The notes under the pieces were generated by a model. The model did no database searches, was not told the DNA's origin, and saw only the letters and a program-made list of their open reading frames with translations. A stretch of DNA of 64,000 nucleotides from Promethearchaeota archaeon (lineage in GTDB: Archaea > Asgardarchaeota > Lokiarchaeia > Sigyniarchaeales > SOKP01): contig JBHLLT010000001.1 of NCBI GenBank assembly GCA_048938855.1, forward strand, positions 352,124 to 416,123, given 5' to 3'. The position numbers and the translations under genes are program-made. Shown here in pieces: positions 10,589-20,671 of the stretch (positions are counted from its first letter, which is position 1; the number at the start of each line of letters is the position of its first letter).

Positions 10589-12478
10589 ATGACATTTGAT
10601 TGGAGGGAACAGTGGAAAGATAAGGAAATCTCAGTATCAGAAGCAATAGAGAAAATAATACCCGGGAATCGAGTTTTTATTGATTCTGGATGTGCTGAAC
10701 CGCAATTGTTAACATCAGAATTAATCAAACACTCAGAAAAGTTAATTGATACTGAAATTCTTCATTTTTTAACAATTGGCCCTGAAAAATATTTTAAGGA
10801 TAAAGCTGAAGATCTTTTTAGACATAATGCTTTTTTCATAGGAAAGACCCTACGTGAGGAAATAAATAGAGGACAAGCAGATTATACACCGATATACGCT
10901 AGTGAAATTCCTTCTTTGTTTCAATCAGGTAGAAAACATATTGATGTAGCCCTTATCCAAGTTACTCCTCCTGATCCATATGGTTTTTGTTCCTTAGGAA
11001 TTAATGTTGATATTGCAAAACCAATAGCACAATCATCTTACCTTACTATTGCAGAAATTAATCCTCAAATGCCTCGAACTTTGGGAAATAGTTTTATTCA
11101 TATGAAAGAAATAGACTATTTTGTGTATAATGACACTCCTTTGCTACAATTTTATTTTGATGAACCAGATGAAATTGCACAAAGAATAGGAAGAAATTTG
11201 GCTAATTTAATTGAAAACAAATCAACCATTCACATAGGGTTCGGCGATCTTCCCAATGCGGCTTTAAAGTATTTAGAAGATAAAAAGGATCTTGGAATGC
11301 ATTCTCATTATATTACAGATAATGTAATACCACTTATTGAAGGAGGAGTATTAACATGTCGAAAGAAAAATTTTCATCCTGAAAAAATCATAACCAGTTT
11401 TGCTCTAGGAACTAAAAAATTATACAATTTCATACAAAATAATCCTTATATAGAATTTTTTCCTTCTGATTATGTCTGTAATCCAAAGTATATTGGCATG
11501 AATAAAAATATGGTCTCAATAAATTCCGCCCGACAGATTGATTTAACAGGGCAAGTAAATGCAGCAACCGAAGGTTATCGTTTCTATTCTGGATTAGGCG
11601 AGACTATTGATTTTATGAGGGGGGCTGCATTTTCTAAAGGAGGAAAGCCTATTATAATAATCCCTTCAACATCTAGAGATGGTAAAAAATCACGTATAGT
11701 ACCTCATTTAGATGAAGGTGCTGGAATATTATTGTCTCGTGGCGATGTTCATTATGTTGTAACTGAGTGGGGTGTAGCTTACCTTCATGGTAAAACTATT
11801 CGTGAAAGAGTTCTTGAATTGATTTGTATAGCACACCCAAAATTCCGACAAACACTTTTAGATGAAGCTAAGAAATTAAATTATATTTTTTCTGATCAAA
11901 TGCTTCCGTGCGATGAAGATGGTCGAATCTGTTTATATCCCTCGGAATATGAAACAATTTTTATAACAAAAGATAAAGAAAAAATAAATATTCGCCCTGT
12001 AAAAACTACAGATGAACAAGCATTAAAAGAATTGTATTATTCTTTAAATGAAAGAGATAGGTATTTAAGATTTTTCGAATTGAGGAAGGAATTCACTCAT
12101 TCAAAAACTCAGAGTGAAGTAAATATTGATTATGACAATGTATTTTCATTAGGAGCATTTATTGGGGAAATAGGTAAAGAAGAAATGATAGGAAGCGCTA
12201 CTTATTATTTAAATCCTGAAATGAATATGGCAGAGTATAGTTTTTTGGTTAGAGAAGATTATAGGGGAAAAGGTGTTGGGACTTTTTTATACCAACATAT
12301 TATTATTATCGCCAAGGAGAAAGGTATAAAGGGATTCTATGGGAACATCCACATTCAAAATAAAGAAACAATTCGTGTTATTCATAAGGGAGGTTATACT
12401 AAGATAACTCCTCCAGATATCGGAGAAAAAGAATTGTTTTACAGAGTCTTCTTTGATAAAGAGGATGCTATTAAATAA
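10589..12478 (+). CDS. Acetyl-CoA hydrolase/4-hydroxybutyrate CoA-transferase-like domain fused to a Pat-type GNAT acetyltransferase
   Basis: N-terminal ~430 aa: DVALIQV, MPRT, DLTGQV, VVTEWG, IAHPKFR. C-terminal GNAT: YLRFF, AEYSFLV, DYRGKGVG. Confidence 0.9.
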   Translation: MTFDWREQWKDKEISVSEAIEKIIPGNRVFIDSGCAEPQLLTSELIKHSEKLIDTEILHFLTIGPEKYFKDKAEDLFRHNAFFIGKTLREEINRGQADYTPIYASEIPSLFQSGRKHIDVALIQVTPPDPYGFCSLGINVDIAKPIAQSSYLTIAEINPQMPRTLGNSFIHMKEIDYFVYNDTPLLQFYFDEPDEIAQRIGRNLANLIENKSTIHIGFGDLPNAALKYLEDKKDLGMHSHYITDNVIPLIEGGVLTCRKKNFHPEKIITSFALGTKKLYNFIQNNPYIEFFPSDYVCNPKYIGMNKNMVSINSARQIDLTGQVNAATEGYRFYSGLGETIDFMRGAAFSKGGKPIIIIPSTSRDGKKSRIVPHLDEGAGILLSRGDVHYVVTEWGVAYLHGKTIRERVLELICIAHPKFRQTLLDEAKKLNYIFSDQMLPCDEDGRICLYPSEYETIFITKDKEKINIRPVKTTDEQALKELYYSLNERDRYLRFFELRKEFTHSKTQSEVNIDYDNVFSLGAFIGEIGKEEMIGSATYYLNPEMNMAEYSFLVREDYRGKGVGTFLYQHIIIIAKEKGIKGFYGNIHIQNKETIRVIHKGGYTKITPPDIGEKELFYRVFFDKEDAIK

Positions 12479-12527
12479 ATTATCCATATTTTTATTTTTC
12501 TTCTTTAATTAATGTTCTTGTTGTTAT

Positions 12528-13322
12528 ATGAGATTTAAATTTACAGATTTTCATGTTCACACCAGACCATGGAGTACAGATGTAGCACAAGATGGCCCTA
12601 CTTTTGAAGATTATATCGAAGTAGCACAAGAGCATCAAATTAATGTCTGTTTCCTAAACCATTATGAACTTTATTATGTAGAGAACGACAAGACTAATCC
12701 ATTCTATAATGGAAAAATTAATAACTATCTTGAAGAGATCGATGTATTAAAAGAGACCTATGATTTCATACTCAGTGGATTAGAAGTTGAATATTATGAG
12801 AATAAGGAACTTAAGATAATTGAATTTATGGATGATTACAGTAAAGAATTTGATTTTATTGGGGGTTCTATTCATGAATGGATAATTGGATATCCTATTA
12901 CCACAAAATCAGGATTAGAAAGACTACTTGAAAAAATACCAATGAAAAAAATTATAGATGACTATTTTAACATAAGTACAAAAATGATTAATTCCCAAAT
13001 TTTCAAAAATATATGCCATCTTGACACTATCTTTCGCTATATTAATAATAATGAGTTCGTACCCGAAAATAATTGTGATGTATCTGATAATCGAATATTA
13101 GAATTAGGTAGATTATGCATAAAAAACAATCTACGAGTAGAAATGAATTTATCGGGATTACGATTTCCAATAAAAAGATCATTTCCTTCTATGGATGTGA
13201 TAAAAACATTAAAAAAAGAAGGGGGTAATATATTTGTGGGATCTGATTCACATTCTTTAGATTATTTTAAAGAACAAATCCCTAAAGTAATAGAAGCTTA
13301 TAGAGTAATAAATGCACATTAA
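12528..13322 (+). CDS. PHP-domain phosphatase (histidinol-phosphatase HisJ-like)
   Basis: DFHVHT, GLEVEY, GSIH, CHLD and GSDSH metal-binding motifs. Confidence 0.85.
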   Translation: MRFKFTDFHVHTRPWSTDVAQDGPTFEDYIEVAQEHQINVCFLNHYELYYVENDKTNPFYNGKINNYLEEIDVLKETYDFILSGLEVEYYENKELKIIEFMDDYSKEFDFIGGSIHEWIIGYPITTKSGLERLLEKIPMKKIIDDYFNISTKMINSQIFKNICHLDTIFRYINNNEFVPENNCDVSDNRILELGRLCIKNNLRVEMNLSGLRFPIKRSFPSMDVIKTLKKEGGNIFVGSDSHSLDYFKEQIPKVIEAYRVINAH

Positions 13323-13345
13323 ACATTTTAGGAATTAAGGTTAAT

Positions 13346-14065
13346 ATGGAATTTAAAGAATTTTCAAATAAAATTGATAAATGGGATCAAAAGATTATTT
13401 TAAAATATAATGGATTTGGTGGTAGACCATTCACTATTTTTCTTAGAATACTTTCCTTTTTTGGTCGAGAAACTCTGTGGCTTTTGTTAATCGCTTTTTA
13501 TCTATTTGTTTGGTATGATCCATTTTTATTATCTTATATATCTGCTACATTTCTTACAGGATTATTTTTAATTTTAATCATAAAATATTTAGTAAAAAGG
13601 AAAAGACCATTTGAAAGATTTGAAGAAGGAAAAATAGTGGTTTTAGAGGGAAAACCTACCTCGAGAAGCTTTCCTTCATGGCATTCTTATAATGTTACGT
13701 CACAGGGTCTATTGTTTAGCCTAATTTTTATTAAATCACCAATTATTAGTATTTTACTTCTCATACTTGTGGTGGTAGTTTCTTTTTCAAGAATTCAACT
13801 TGGTGTTCATTATCCTTCTGATGTCATATTTGGTTGCATTTTTGGTATAGCAGGATTTTTTATATCAATATTTTTAATCAGTCCTCTTATATTAAAACTA
13901 TTAACCTATCTAGAACAGTTTATACCATTTGAAATTCAATATCAAGGAATAAACTCATTATTATTCAGTAACATATGGTATATGCTACTCTCGATTAGTG
14001 TGTTTCTTGCGATTCTTGTTCTAAGTTTATATAAAAAAATTTTAGGATTATTTAAGAAATATTAG
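13346..14065 (+). CDS. PAP2-family membrane phosphatase
   Basis: KxxxxRxRP, SFPSWH and SRIQLGVHYPSDV motifs. Confidence 0.92.
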   Translation: MEFKEFSNKIDKWDQKIILKYNGFGGRPFTIFLRILSFFGRETLWLLLIAFYLFVWYDPFLLSYISATFLTGLFLILIIKYLVKRKRPFERFEEGKIVVLEGKPTSRSFPSWHSYNVTSQGLLFSLIFIKSPIISILLLILVVVVSFSRIQLGVHYPSDVIFGCIFGIAGFFISIFLISPLILKLLTYLEQFIPFEIQYQGINSLLFSNIWYMLLSISVFLAILVLSLYKKILGLFKKY

Positions 14066-14074
14066 AGAAAGAAG

Positions 14075-15322
14075 TTAAAGATTTAGACTTTTTCTCTTGC
14101 TAAATAAATCTTTTAATTCATTAAGGACATTTAAGCGAGTATTTTCTTGACGACGTGGAGCTGGTTGATTAGGGTTAGCAATTTCAATAGGGATACCACT
14201 TTGAGCAACTTGAAAAGCTCCCGATTCTATAGCTCTGAGTCGGTTATCAATATCATTGAGTTGCATTGATATACTTTCAGATAAACGTATAACTGCATTT
14301 AACGTTTCTTCTAATGTCTTACCAAGACCCTCTACTTTTCGTACCGTAGGATCGGTTAAAGAATGACCTGCACTCATCAAATTTTTTACATATTTAGCAA
14401 ATTGAGGTTCACGAGAAATGAGAGAATATATTGATGTTAAGTAGATCTCAATTTCAAAATTAATGTTTTTATCTTTTATTAGTTCATTTAGGTTATCTTT
14501 AACAAGTTCAATATTTAAGAGTATCTTTGGATCATTTTTCAAATCTGGATCATATTTGTGGAGGAATAATAATATATATGGATTTTCTTCTAATAAAGTA
14601 ATTGACTCCATGATTTTTTCAAAATATTTAAGAGATTCCTCAAACCTTTCGGGTCGTTGTACATCAATCACATATATAAGTAAATCTAACTCGACAAAAT
14701 ATTGTTCTGGATTATTTAAATACCGTTCTCGGTATTCTTCTTGCCCACCTAAATCCCAAATATATAAAGATAAAGTTTCACTCCCAAACTTCATCCGAAC
14801 AACTCCTTTGGTTGGATGAGTATCTATCAAATCACCAATACCTAAACGTCCGCCAAATTTAGATAAGAGTGAAGTTTTCCCTGCTTCATCCAATCCAACA
14901 CATAATACTTTTTGTTTAGTTGTTTCAAGTCCTTCTTTTTCTTCTTTAACACTAGTAATAAGAGAACTAATTGTTGCTGCTTTCTTAAGCTGAGTTTCCA
15001 GATTAGGATATTTTCCTTTTAATTCCTCAATTTTCTTCTGCAGATCAATGGCCAATCCAATTGAATCGTCTGTTTCTTCAATTTCAATCAAACTGCCAAA
15101 CGGATTTTCTTTATTTAATTTTGAAGCATCTCTAATAGTCGATATGTTAAATAGTTGTTTTATGATTTCGGATTCTTCTTTGTCAATAAATTTATATGAA
15201 TCAATGTGTAATTTTAAGATATCATCAATTTCTTTTAATTTATCAGTTTTAGCAAATTTAGGTTCTAGAAATTTTGAGATGACATTTATCAAGCTAGAGA
15301 CTTCAGTAGACATAGTAATCAA
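14075..15322 (-). CDS. Multidomain Arf/Rag-like small GTPase (N-terminal extension, C-terminal coiled coil); likely start ATG 15313
   Basis: G1 GLDEAGKT, G2 PTKG, G3 WDLGGQ, G4 HKYD. Confidence 0.87.
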   Translation of the reverse strand: MITMSTEVSSLINVISKFLEPKFAKTDKLKEIDDILKLHIDSYKFIDKEESEIIKQLFNISTIRDASKLNKENPFGSLIEIEETDDSIGLAIDLQKKIEELKGKYPNLETQLKKAATISSLITSVKEEKEGLETTKQKVLCVGLDEAGKTSLLSKFGGRLGIGDLIDTHPTKGVVRMKFGSETLSLYIWDLGGQEEYRERYLNNPEQYFVELDLLIYVIDVQRPERFEESLKYFEKIMESITLLEENPYILLFLHKYDPDLKNDPKILLNIELVKDNLNELIKDKNINFEIEIYLTSIYSLISREPQFAKYVKNLMSAGHSLTDPTVRKVEGLGKTLEETLNAVIRLSESISMQLNDIDNRLRAIESGAFQVAQSGIPIEIANPNQPAPRRQENTRLNVLNELKDLFSKRKSLNL

Positions 15323-15515
15323 CGATCTTTCTTTATTATTAATAGGTTGATTTAATTTTTATTCTTAATTATTACTATACTAGTTAAAAAGATAAAGATA
15401 TAAATTTTTCACAAGTTTAATTGAAATTGATCACACTTATATATTTTAGAATTTATGTAATTCTAAGAAGTTAAAATTAAAAATTCAATTACAATCCTTC
15501 AGCATCTTATAAACT

Positions 15516-16439
15516 ATGCCAGCACATTTTGAAGATGACGATTTTTTTGAAGATGGAGCAGAGGAAGGACCACCATGTTGTGATAGTCCAAAGATAAGTG
15601 AAGAAGATGGCTTCTATGTTTGTTTAAATTGTGGTTTTGTTTACTCACGTATTCTTGATGATAGTCCTCGAAGAGCTTTTACTCAGGAAGAAATTCAAAA
15701 ACGAAAAAGCAACGAGAGGGTATATAGCCCTATTGGTCCAAGAACAATTATAAGAGGTTCTAGAGATGCTAGAGGTACTCTACTTAGCCCAAAATATAAG
15801 TCAAAATTTAATCGATTAGCTAAAATTCATAGATCACTAACTACTAGCTATGAGAGAAATTTATGGATTGCTTTGCCAAATTTACAACGTTTACAAAAAA
15901 GACTTGGTATTCCAGATGCAGTAGCAGAAGATGCTCTTCGCATTTACACTCAGACAGTAAAGAAAAAGTTGACAATGGGCCGGAGTATTGACACTTTACT
16001 GTCTGCTTCGATTTTTGCAGCTTTGCGAGTACATGGTATACCCAGAACTGCCGAAGAAATTACTAAAGTTGCTCAGATTCCTAAAAAGAAAGTGATTAAA
16101 AGTTATCGCTTAATACTGATGGAAGTTTTACCTAAATTAGGTTTGAAAGTGACCCATTTTTCTAGTGAACGTTATGTGGATAAATTTAATGAAGAACTAA
16201 AGCTTTCTATGAAATGCCGAAACATTGCGGTTAAGATCATTGAAAAGGCTAGAGAGAGTGGATTTAATTCCGCTGGAAAGGATCCTAAAGGAATTGCTGC
16301 CGCTGCTATCTATATAGGCTCCAAAATTTGCAATGAAAATAGAACCCAGAAAGAAATTAGCAAGTTGGCGCGGGTTACTGAAGTCACTCTCCGAATGAGA
16401 GTAAAGGATTTACAGAAATATGCTAATATGGTCGATTAA
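15516..16439 (+). CDS. tfb: Transcription initiation factor IIB (TFB), divergent B-reader
   Basis: N-terminal Zn ribbon (CC...CLNCG), two cyclin repeats (GRS, GKDPKGIAAAAIY), TQKEISKLARVTEVTLR HTH. Confidence 0.93.
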   Translation: MPAHFEDDDFFEDGAEEGPPCCDSPKISEEDGFYVCLNCGFVYSRILDDSPRRAFTQEEIQKRKSNERVYSPIGPRTIIRGSRDARGTLLSPKYKSKFNRLAKIHRSLTTSYERNLWIALPNLQRLQKRLGIPDAVAEDALRIYTQTVKKKLTMGRSIDTLLSASIFAALRVHGIPRTAEEITKVAQIPKKKVIKSYRLILMEVLPKLGLKVTHFSSERYVDKFNEELKLSMKCRNIAVKIIEKARESGFNSAGKDPKGIAAAAIYIGSKICNENRTQKEISKLARVTEVTLRMRVKDLQKYANMVD

Positions 16440-16452
16440 AATATTAATATTC

Positions 16453-19400
16453 TTAAATTTGAATTAATACTTTTTCTTCTTCAAATAAAGGTAATAATTC
16501 TAGCATTTCTTTGATTTTTGATAGATAGTGATCAATATTATAGATTTTTATATCTATCAAAAACTCAATTAGCATAATGTAAAATGTTTCTTGAACTAAT
16601 TTTTTATTAACTCCAAGGCTATTTAAATAGGCACTTAAATTTGTTTTCACTAATTTTAAAGGTTGTCCAGTTTTTAACAGAGCTAATCCATGCAATGCCA
16701 TCATTAAGGAGCTAATTTCAAAATCTTTTATTTTAGAGAAAAATTTATTTCCCAAATTTAAATATTCTTCTGCTACTTCTTTAAATTTCTTTAATTTTAG
16801 TAGTTCTATTATAGGAGCAAAATATCTTCTCATATAGGGCCCTCGCCTTCTTAAAATTTGGTTTTGGCTTCTTTTAGCATCCCCAGCTTTTACTTGTATT
16901 TTACCCCATCTTTGATTTAAATCTATCTGTATTTTAGATTTCTCTCCAATATCTTCCCGTGATAAAATTAATTTATTTTCTTTATTCTCTTTGTATTCTT
17001 CCCCTATTAAGTCCTTCACAAATGATAATTCCTCATCAAATAACGGAAGATCTTCAGAATGTCTTATTGCGTAGTTGTATTTTTCCTCGTTTTGAGATCG
17101 TTTCAAATCAATAATATATTCAATCAATGTAACTGGAAAAGCTTCAGAAAATGATTTACCTAAACCAGATAATTTCTTTTTTGTTTCATCTATTAATTTT
17201 TTAGCATCTTCAAACTTATTTTGTTTGATAAGAATTAGACCAGCAATAGCTAAAGAAACTCCTGCTATTTTATATTTCTTGGTTAAATTTAGTCGAGTTA
17301 TTGAATTTTTATAAAGCTCAAGTGCCTCATCATATTGTTGATTTTTCAAATGAATTAAACACTCATTAAAATATCCCCTTTTTAATCCCTTTCTTTCTTT
17401 TAAGTCATTTTCTTTATCTAATCTAGCTTCCTGTGCTCGTTTTTCTATGATAGTATCTTTTTCCTTTAATTCTTCTCCTTTGCGAGCTTCAGTAGCTTTT
17501 TTAGACATAATTTCACTTTTTTCAGCTTCAAGTTTCACGATTTCTTTATGTAATTCTTTCTTATAAGCAGCTTTTTCTATTTTATCATTATAAACATGAG
17601 CAAGATGTAAATTTCCTAATTTAATATAGATCTCGGTAATCCTTTTATAAATTTTGTCAAAAGTGATCTTAGGAGTTTCCTCCTTTTCCAAATAAGCTGA
17701 AGCTAAAGTTATTACTTTCTTAACGAGCATTTCTGCTTTATCAATAACTTTCTGGGCAGAATCGTCAGAAAGAACCTCATTCTCATTTAATATCCTTAAT
17801 GCTTCAGTCTTTATAACTTTAATAAAGAGTAGAGTTATTTCTTTTGATTGATCATACAACATTTGATCTCGGTGGATTCTATTTGTTTTTTCGAAAATTT
17901 TATCCAGTCTTTTGTAGTCGGCAATATTTCTTAGTTCTTTCAATTTTTGGTCGAATTTTGGAAAAATTCTAGTTAAATATTTAGTTTTCATATCAATAGA
18001 GAGTTCTTCAAAAAACACAAAAAAAGTCTCAAACTCCATCCCCTCTAATAGCATATCCATAGAATTCGTTAGAATTTGATCTTTAATCTCTTGTTTTCCA
18101 ATAGTTTTTAGATAATCTGCTTGTTTTTTCAAGTGATTAGCCGCTTTTATGAAATTACCATCTTTTGCAAATTCATTAGCTTCTGAAATTGTCTTTGTGT
18201 TAAGCCCTATTATTATATCTTGTTCTGCTTTAGCAAAGTCTCGAATAAATTGAACTCCTTTATTAATGTAATCTTCAACTTCTCTTCTCCTTGAAGCCCT
18301 AAATTCATCTTCATAATTATCTCTAATATTGGCCAAGTTTTCTCTTATTTCTCTTGATTCTAGCTTGCCAATTAGAACAGAAGCTGTTTCAAAATTATTA
18401 TCTTCCAAACAAAGGGTGATTAAATCTTCTAAAGATGAATCTATATTTTTTTTTTTAACACTAAATGAACCCATCCACAAATTCTCAAGTTCATCAAATG
18501 ATCTTTTAGCAGCATGTTTCTTTTTATCTTTAATTTGCTGTTCTAATAGAATAATTAATAAGTCTGCAAGTTTATTAGCCAATTTTTTAATTTCATCAAA
18601 AAGATCCTCTTTTTGATATCTATTAATTGCTTTATACAATTGGTCTTTAGCTTGTTCTAATTTATTTTGACCCATTAAATGGTTTGCTTCTTCGATTATT
18701 TTCTGTGAAATTTCTTGTAAAATTTTTATTACATCTTTATGGGGTAAACTTTGGAGGATTCTGAATGCGTCTTCTACTCTACATGCTGAGATCCATGAGT
18801 TAACAGCTAGTTCAAATGCTTTATTAATAAATTGAGAATCTAATGCCTCTATACTTGCCCATTGAGCAGCCTGTTCATATTGCCTTGCAGCCTTATCATA
18901 CTCACTTTTTTTAAAAAATTGAGTCCCCTCCCATAGAATTTGATCTGCATACTTCTTTTTAAAATTACGGGATTTAATTTTATCATATTTTTCCGTCATT
19001 TCACTAGCTTGTAAATAAAGATTCAATTTTGAATATAAATAAGCTGCTTGCTCACTTATTATGAAAAGTTCTTCTTTATTATAAATATCAGCAATTTGAG
19101 CTGCTTTTCTGATAGCTTGAGCTGCATAAAAGTAGTTTTTGTTATTAAAATACACGTTAGCCATTTGAATAAAAATTGGAAATCTCATCCAAGCATTTTC
19201 TATATTTAATGGCGTATCTCCATTTATCATAGCTAAACATAAACATTGAAGAATTTGATTAAAATTTTCTGGAGCAAGATTTACAAAAGCTTCAAGATTA
19301 GGGAAATTAACCCATATATGTGTTAGTAAATCGTTAACAGTGATTGGAAGAATACCATTCTGATCATAAAAAACAATTATAGTTGGAATAGCTCTATTAT

Positions 19401-19701
19401 TTTTTTTTGAAAATATATCCGGGAGTATCATTTCAAATAATTCCAATTCTTCTTGGTTTATTGGATTTATAAAATATATTATACCATCTACCGTTTGAAT
19501 TATTTCATCTAAATCAGCTGAGACACTCATTAAACAATCTATTTCCAAATCACACATAGAATCTAAAGTTTTTACTGGTTTATACCATGAAATAAAATTC
19601 TCTTTATCTTCTCCCGGTTCACCAAAAGCTCTTGAGATATAGTAGTGAATATCATCTAGATTTGAACCAATAACTAATGTTCGGAAATAAAATATTGACA
19701 T
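16453..19701 (-). CDS. Large alpha-solenoid (TPR/SNAP-like) protein with degenerate small-GTPase-like N-terminal domain
   Basis: 1082-aa ORF; alpha/beta N-terminal ~160 aa, then helical repeats (YDKAARQYEQAA, YDEALELY). Confidence 0.7.
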   Translation of the reverse strand: MSIFYFRTLVIGSNLDDIHYYISRAFGEPGEDKENFISWYKPVKTLDSMCDLEIDCLMSVSADLDEIIQTVDGIIYFINPINQEELELFEMILPDIFSKKNNRAIPTIIVFYDQNGILPITVNDLLTHIWVNFPNLEAFVNLAPENFNQILQCLCLAMINGDTPLNIENAWMRFPIFIQMANVYFNNKNYFYAAQAIRKAAQIADIYNKEELFIISEQAAYLYSKLNLYLQASEMTEKYDKIKSRNFKKKYADQILWEGTQFFKKSEYDKAARQYEQAAQWASIEALDSQFINKAFELAVNSWISACRVEDAFRILQSLPHKDVIKILQEISQKIIEEANHLMGQNKLEQAKDQLYKAINRYQKEDLFDEIKKLANKLADLLIILLEQQIKDKKKHAAKRSFDELENLWMGSFSVKKKNIDSSLEDLITLCLEDNNFETASVLIGKLESREIRENLANIRDNYEDEFRASRRREVEDYINKGVQFIRDFAKAEQDIIIGLNTKTISEANEFAKDGNFIKAANHLKKQADYLKTIGKQEIKDQILTNSMDMLLEGMEFETFFVFFEELSIDMKTKYLTRIFPKFDQKLKELRNIADYKRLDKIFEKTNRIHRDQMLYDQSKEITLLFIKVIKTEALRILNENEVLSDDSAQKVIDKAEMLVKKVITLASAYLEKEETPKITFDKIYKRITEIYIKLGNLHLAHVYNDKIEKAAYKKELHKEIVKLEAEKSEIMSKKATEARKGEELKEKDTIIEKRAQEARLDKENDLKERKGLKRGYFNECLIHLKNQQYDEALELYKNSITRLNLTKKYKIAGVSLAIAGLILIKQNKFEDAKKLIDETKKKLSGLGKSFSEAFPVTLIEYIIDLKRSQNEEKYNYAIRHSEDLPLFDEELSFVKDLIGEEYKENKENKLILSREDIGEKSKIQIDLNQRWGKIQVKAGDAKRSQNQILRRRGPYMRRYFAPIIELLKLKKFKEVAEEYLNLGNKFFSKIKDFEISSLMMALHGLALLKTGQPLKLVKTNLSAYLNSLGVNKKLVQETFYIMLIEFLIDIKIYNIDHYLSKIKEMLELLPLFEEEKVLIQI

Positions 19702-19898
19702 TTTTTACAAAATTAACTTGAATATTTCAACTTCTATTGATTGATTAATTCAATCTTAATTTTAAAGATTTTTGAACACATAAAAATAATAGTATAAAAC
19801 ATTTGAAAACTATTTAAAAGAATAGAATTCTTTTTATAATAATTATTTGAGTTTGAGAATTTATATCTTTGTTTTAAACCATATTCGGAGATTTAACA

Positions 19899-20561
19899 TT
19901 GGATTACTTAGAGAGAAATTACCATATTATAAAGGAAAGAATGATAGAGCAAATGGAAAAAAGCCTTGAGTTAGGAAGAACACTTATAGACACTGAATTG
20001 GATATGGGTTTAATAAACTTCATAATAAAGCCCTTAGTCAAAACTTTCTATGATTATTGGGCAAAAAATGAAGCAAGATCTGGAACATTAAAACAAATTG
20101 AGATAACTTTAAATTCTGGTAAGCGACTCCTGTTAAATGGTAAAACTGAAGAGAGTTTCACAAAAATACTTGAGGAAAATTTTCCAAAATATTTAGAAGC
20201 AGATCAAACATCCCAGCAATGCTCAAAAAGTCATAAAAACTATGAAAAACTTAAACAAGTTGCTAAAGAAACGTTTAAAAATTACTTAGAAGAAGTTGTA
20301 AGATTTCTAGAAATAAAAGAGGATGTAGATAACTATGGAGATTTATGTCGTGCTGCATTTCCTTCTAAAGAAGTAGCACGAGTGAATTTAATGAAACAGT
20401 TAGAATTTACTGATAAAGGCATTAAAATTGTGGAGGAGGATATGGGAATACTAAAAATCCCAATGGGAAGGAAAATAATTGTTAAAGCTCTTAGACAAGG
20501 CTTTAATTTAACTAAAAAGGAGTTTATAGCATCAATCAATGATACTTATTATAATGACTAG
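19899..20561 (+). CDS. Hypothetical all-alpha protein, paralog A of a tandem pair
   Basis: TTG start with upstream GGAG; aligns end-to-end with the next ORF. Confidence 0.8.
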   Translation: MDYLERNYHIIKERMIEQMEKSLELGRTLIDTELDMGLINFIIKPLVKTFYDYWAKNEARSGTLKQIEITLNSGKRLLLNGKTEESFTKILEENFPKYLEADQTSQQCSKSHKNYEKLKQVAKETFKNYLEEVVRFLEIKEDVDNYGDLCRAAFPSKEVARVNLMKQLEFTDKGIKIVEEDMGILKIPMGRKIIVKALRQGFNLTKKEFIASINDTYYND

Positions 20562-20671
20562 CTAAATTATTAATTTTATAAAAGATTTTAACAGATAAGT
20601 TCAGATAATAACTAAAAATAAATGATTTAACACACAAAAATTAATTGCATTAAAGAAATTGGAGTCGAATA

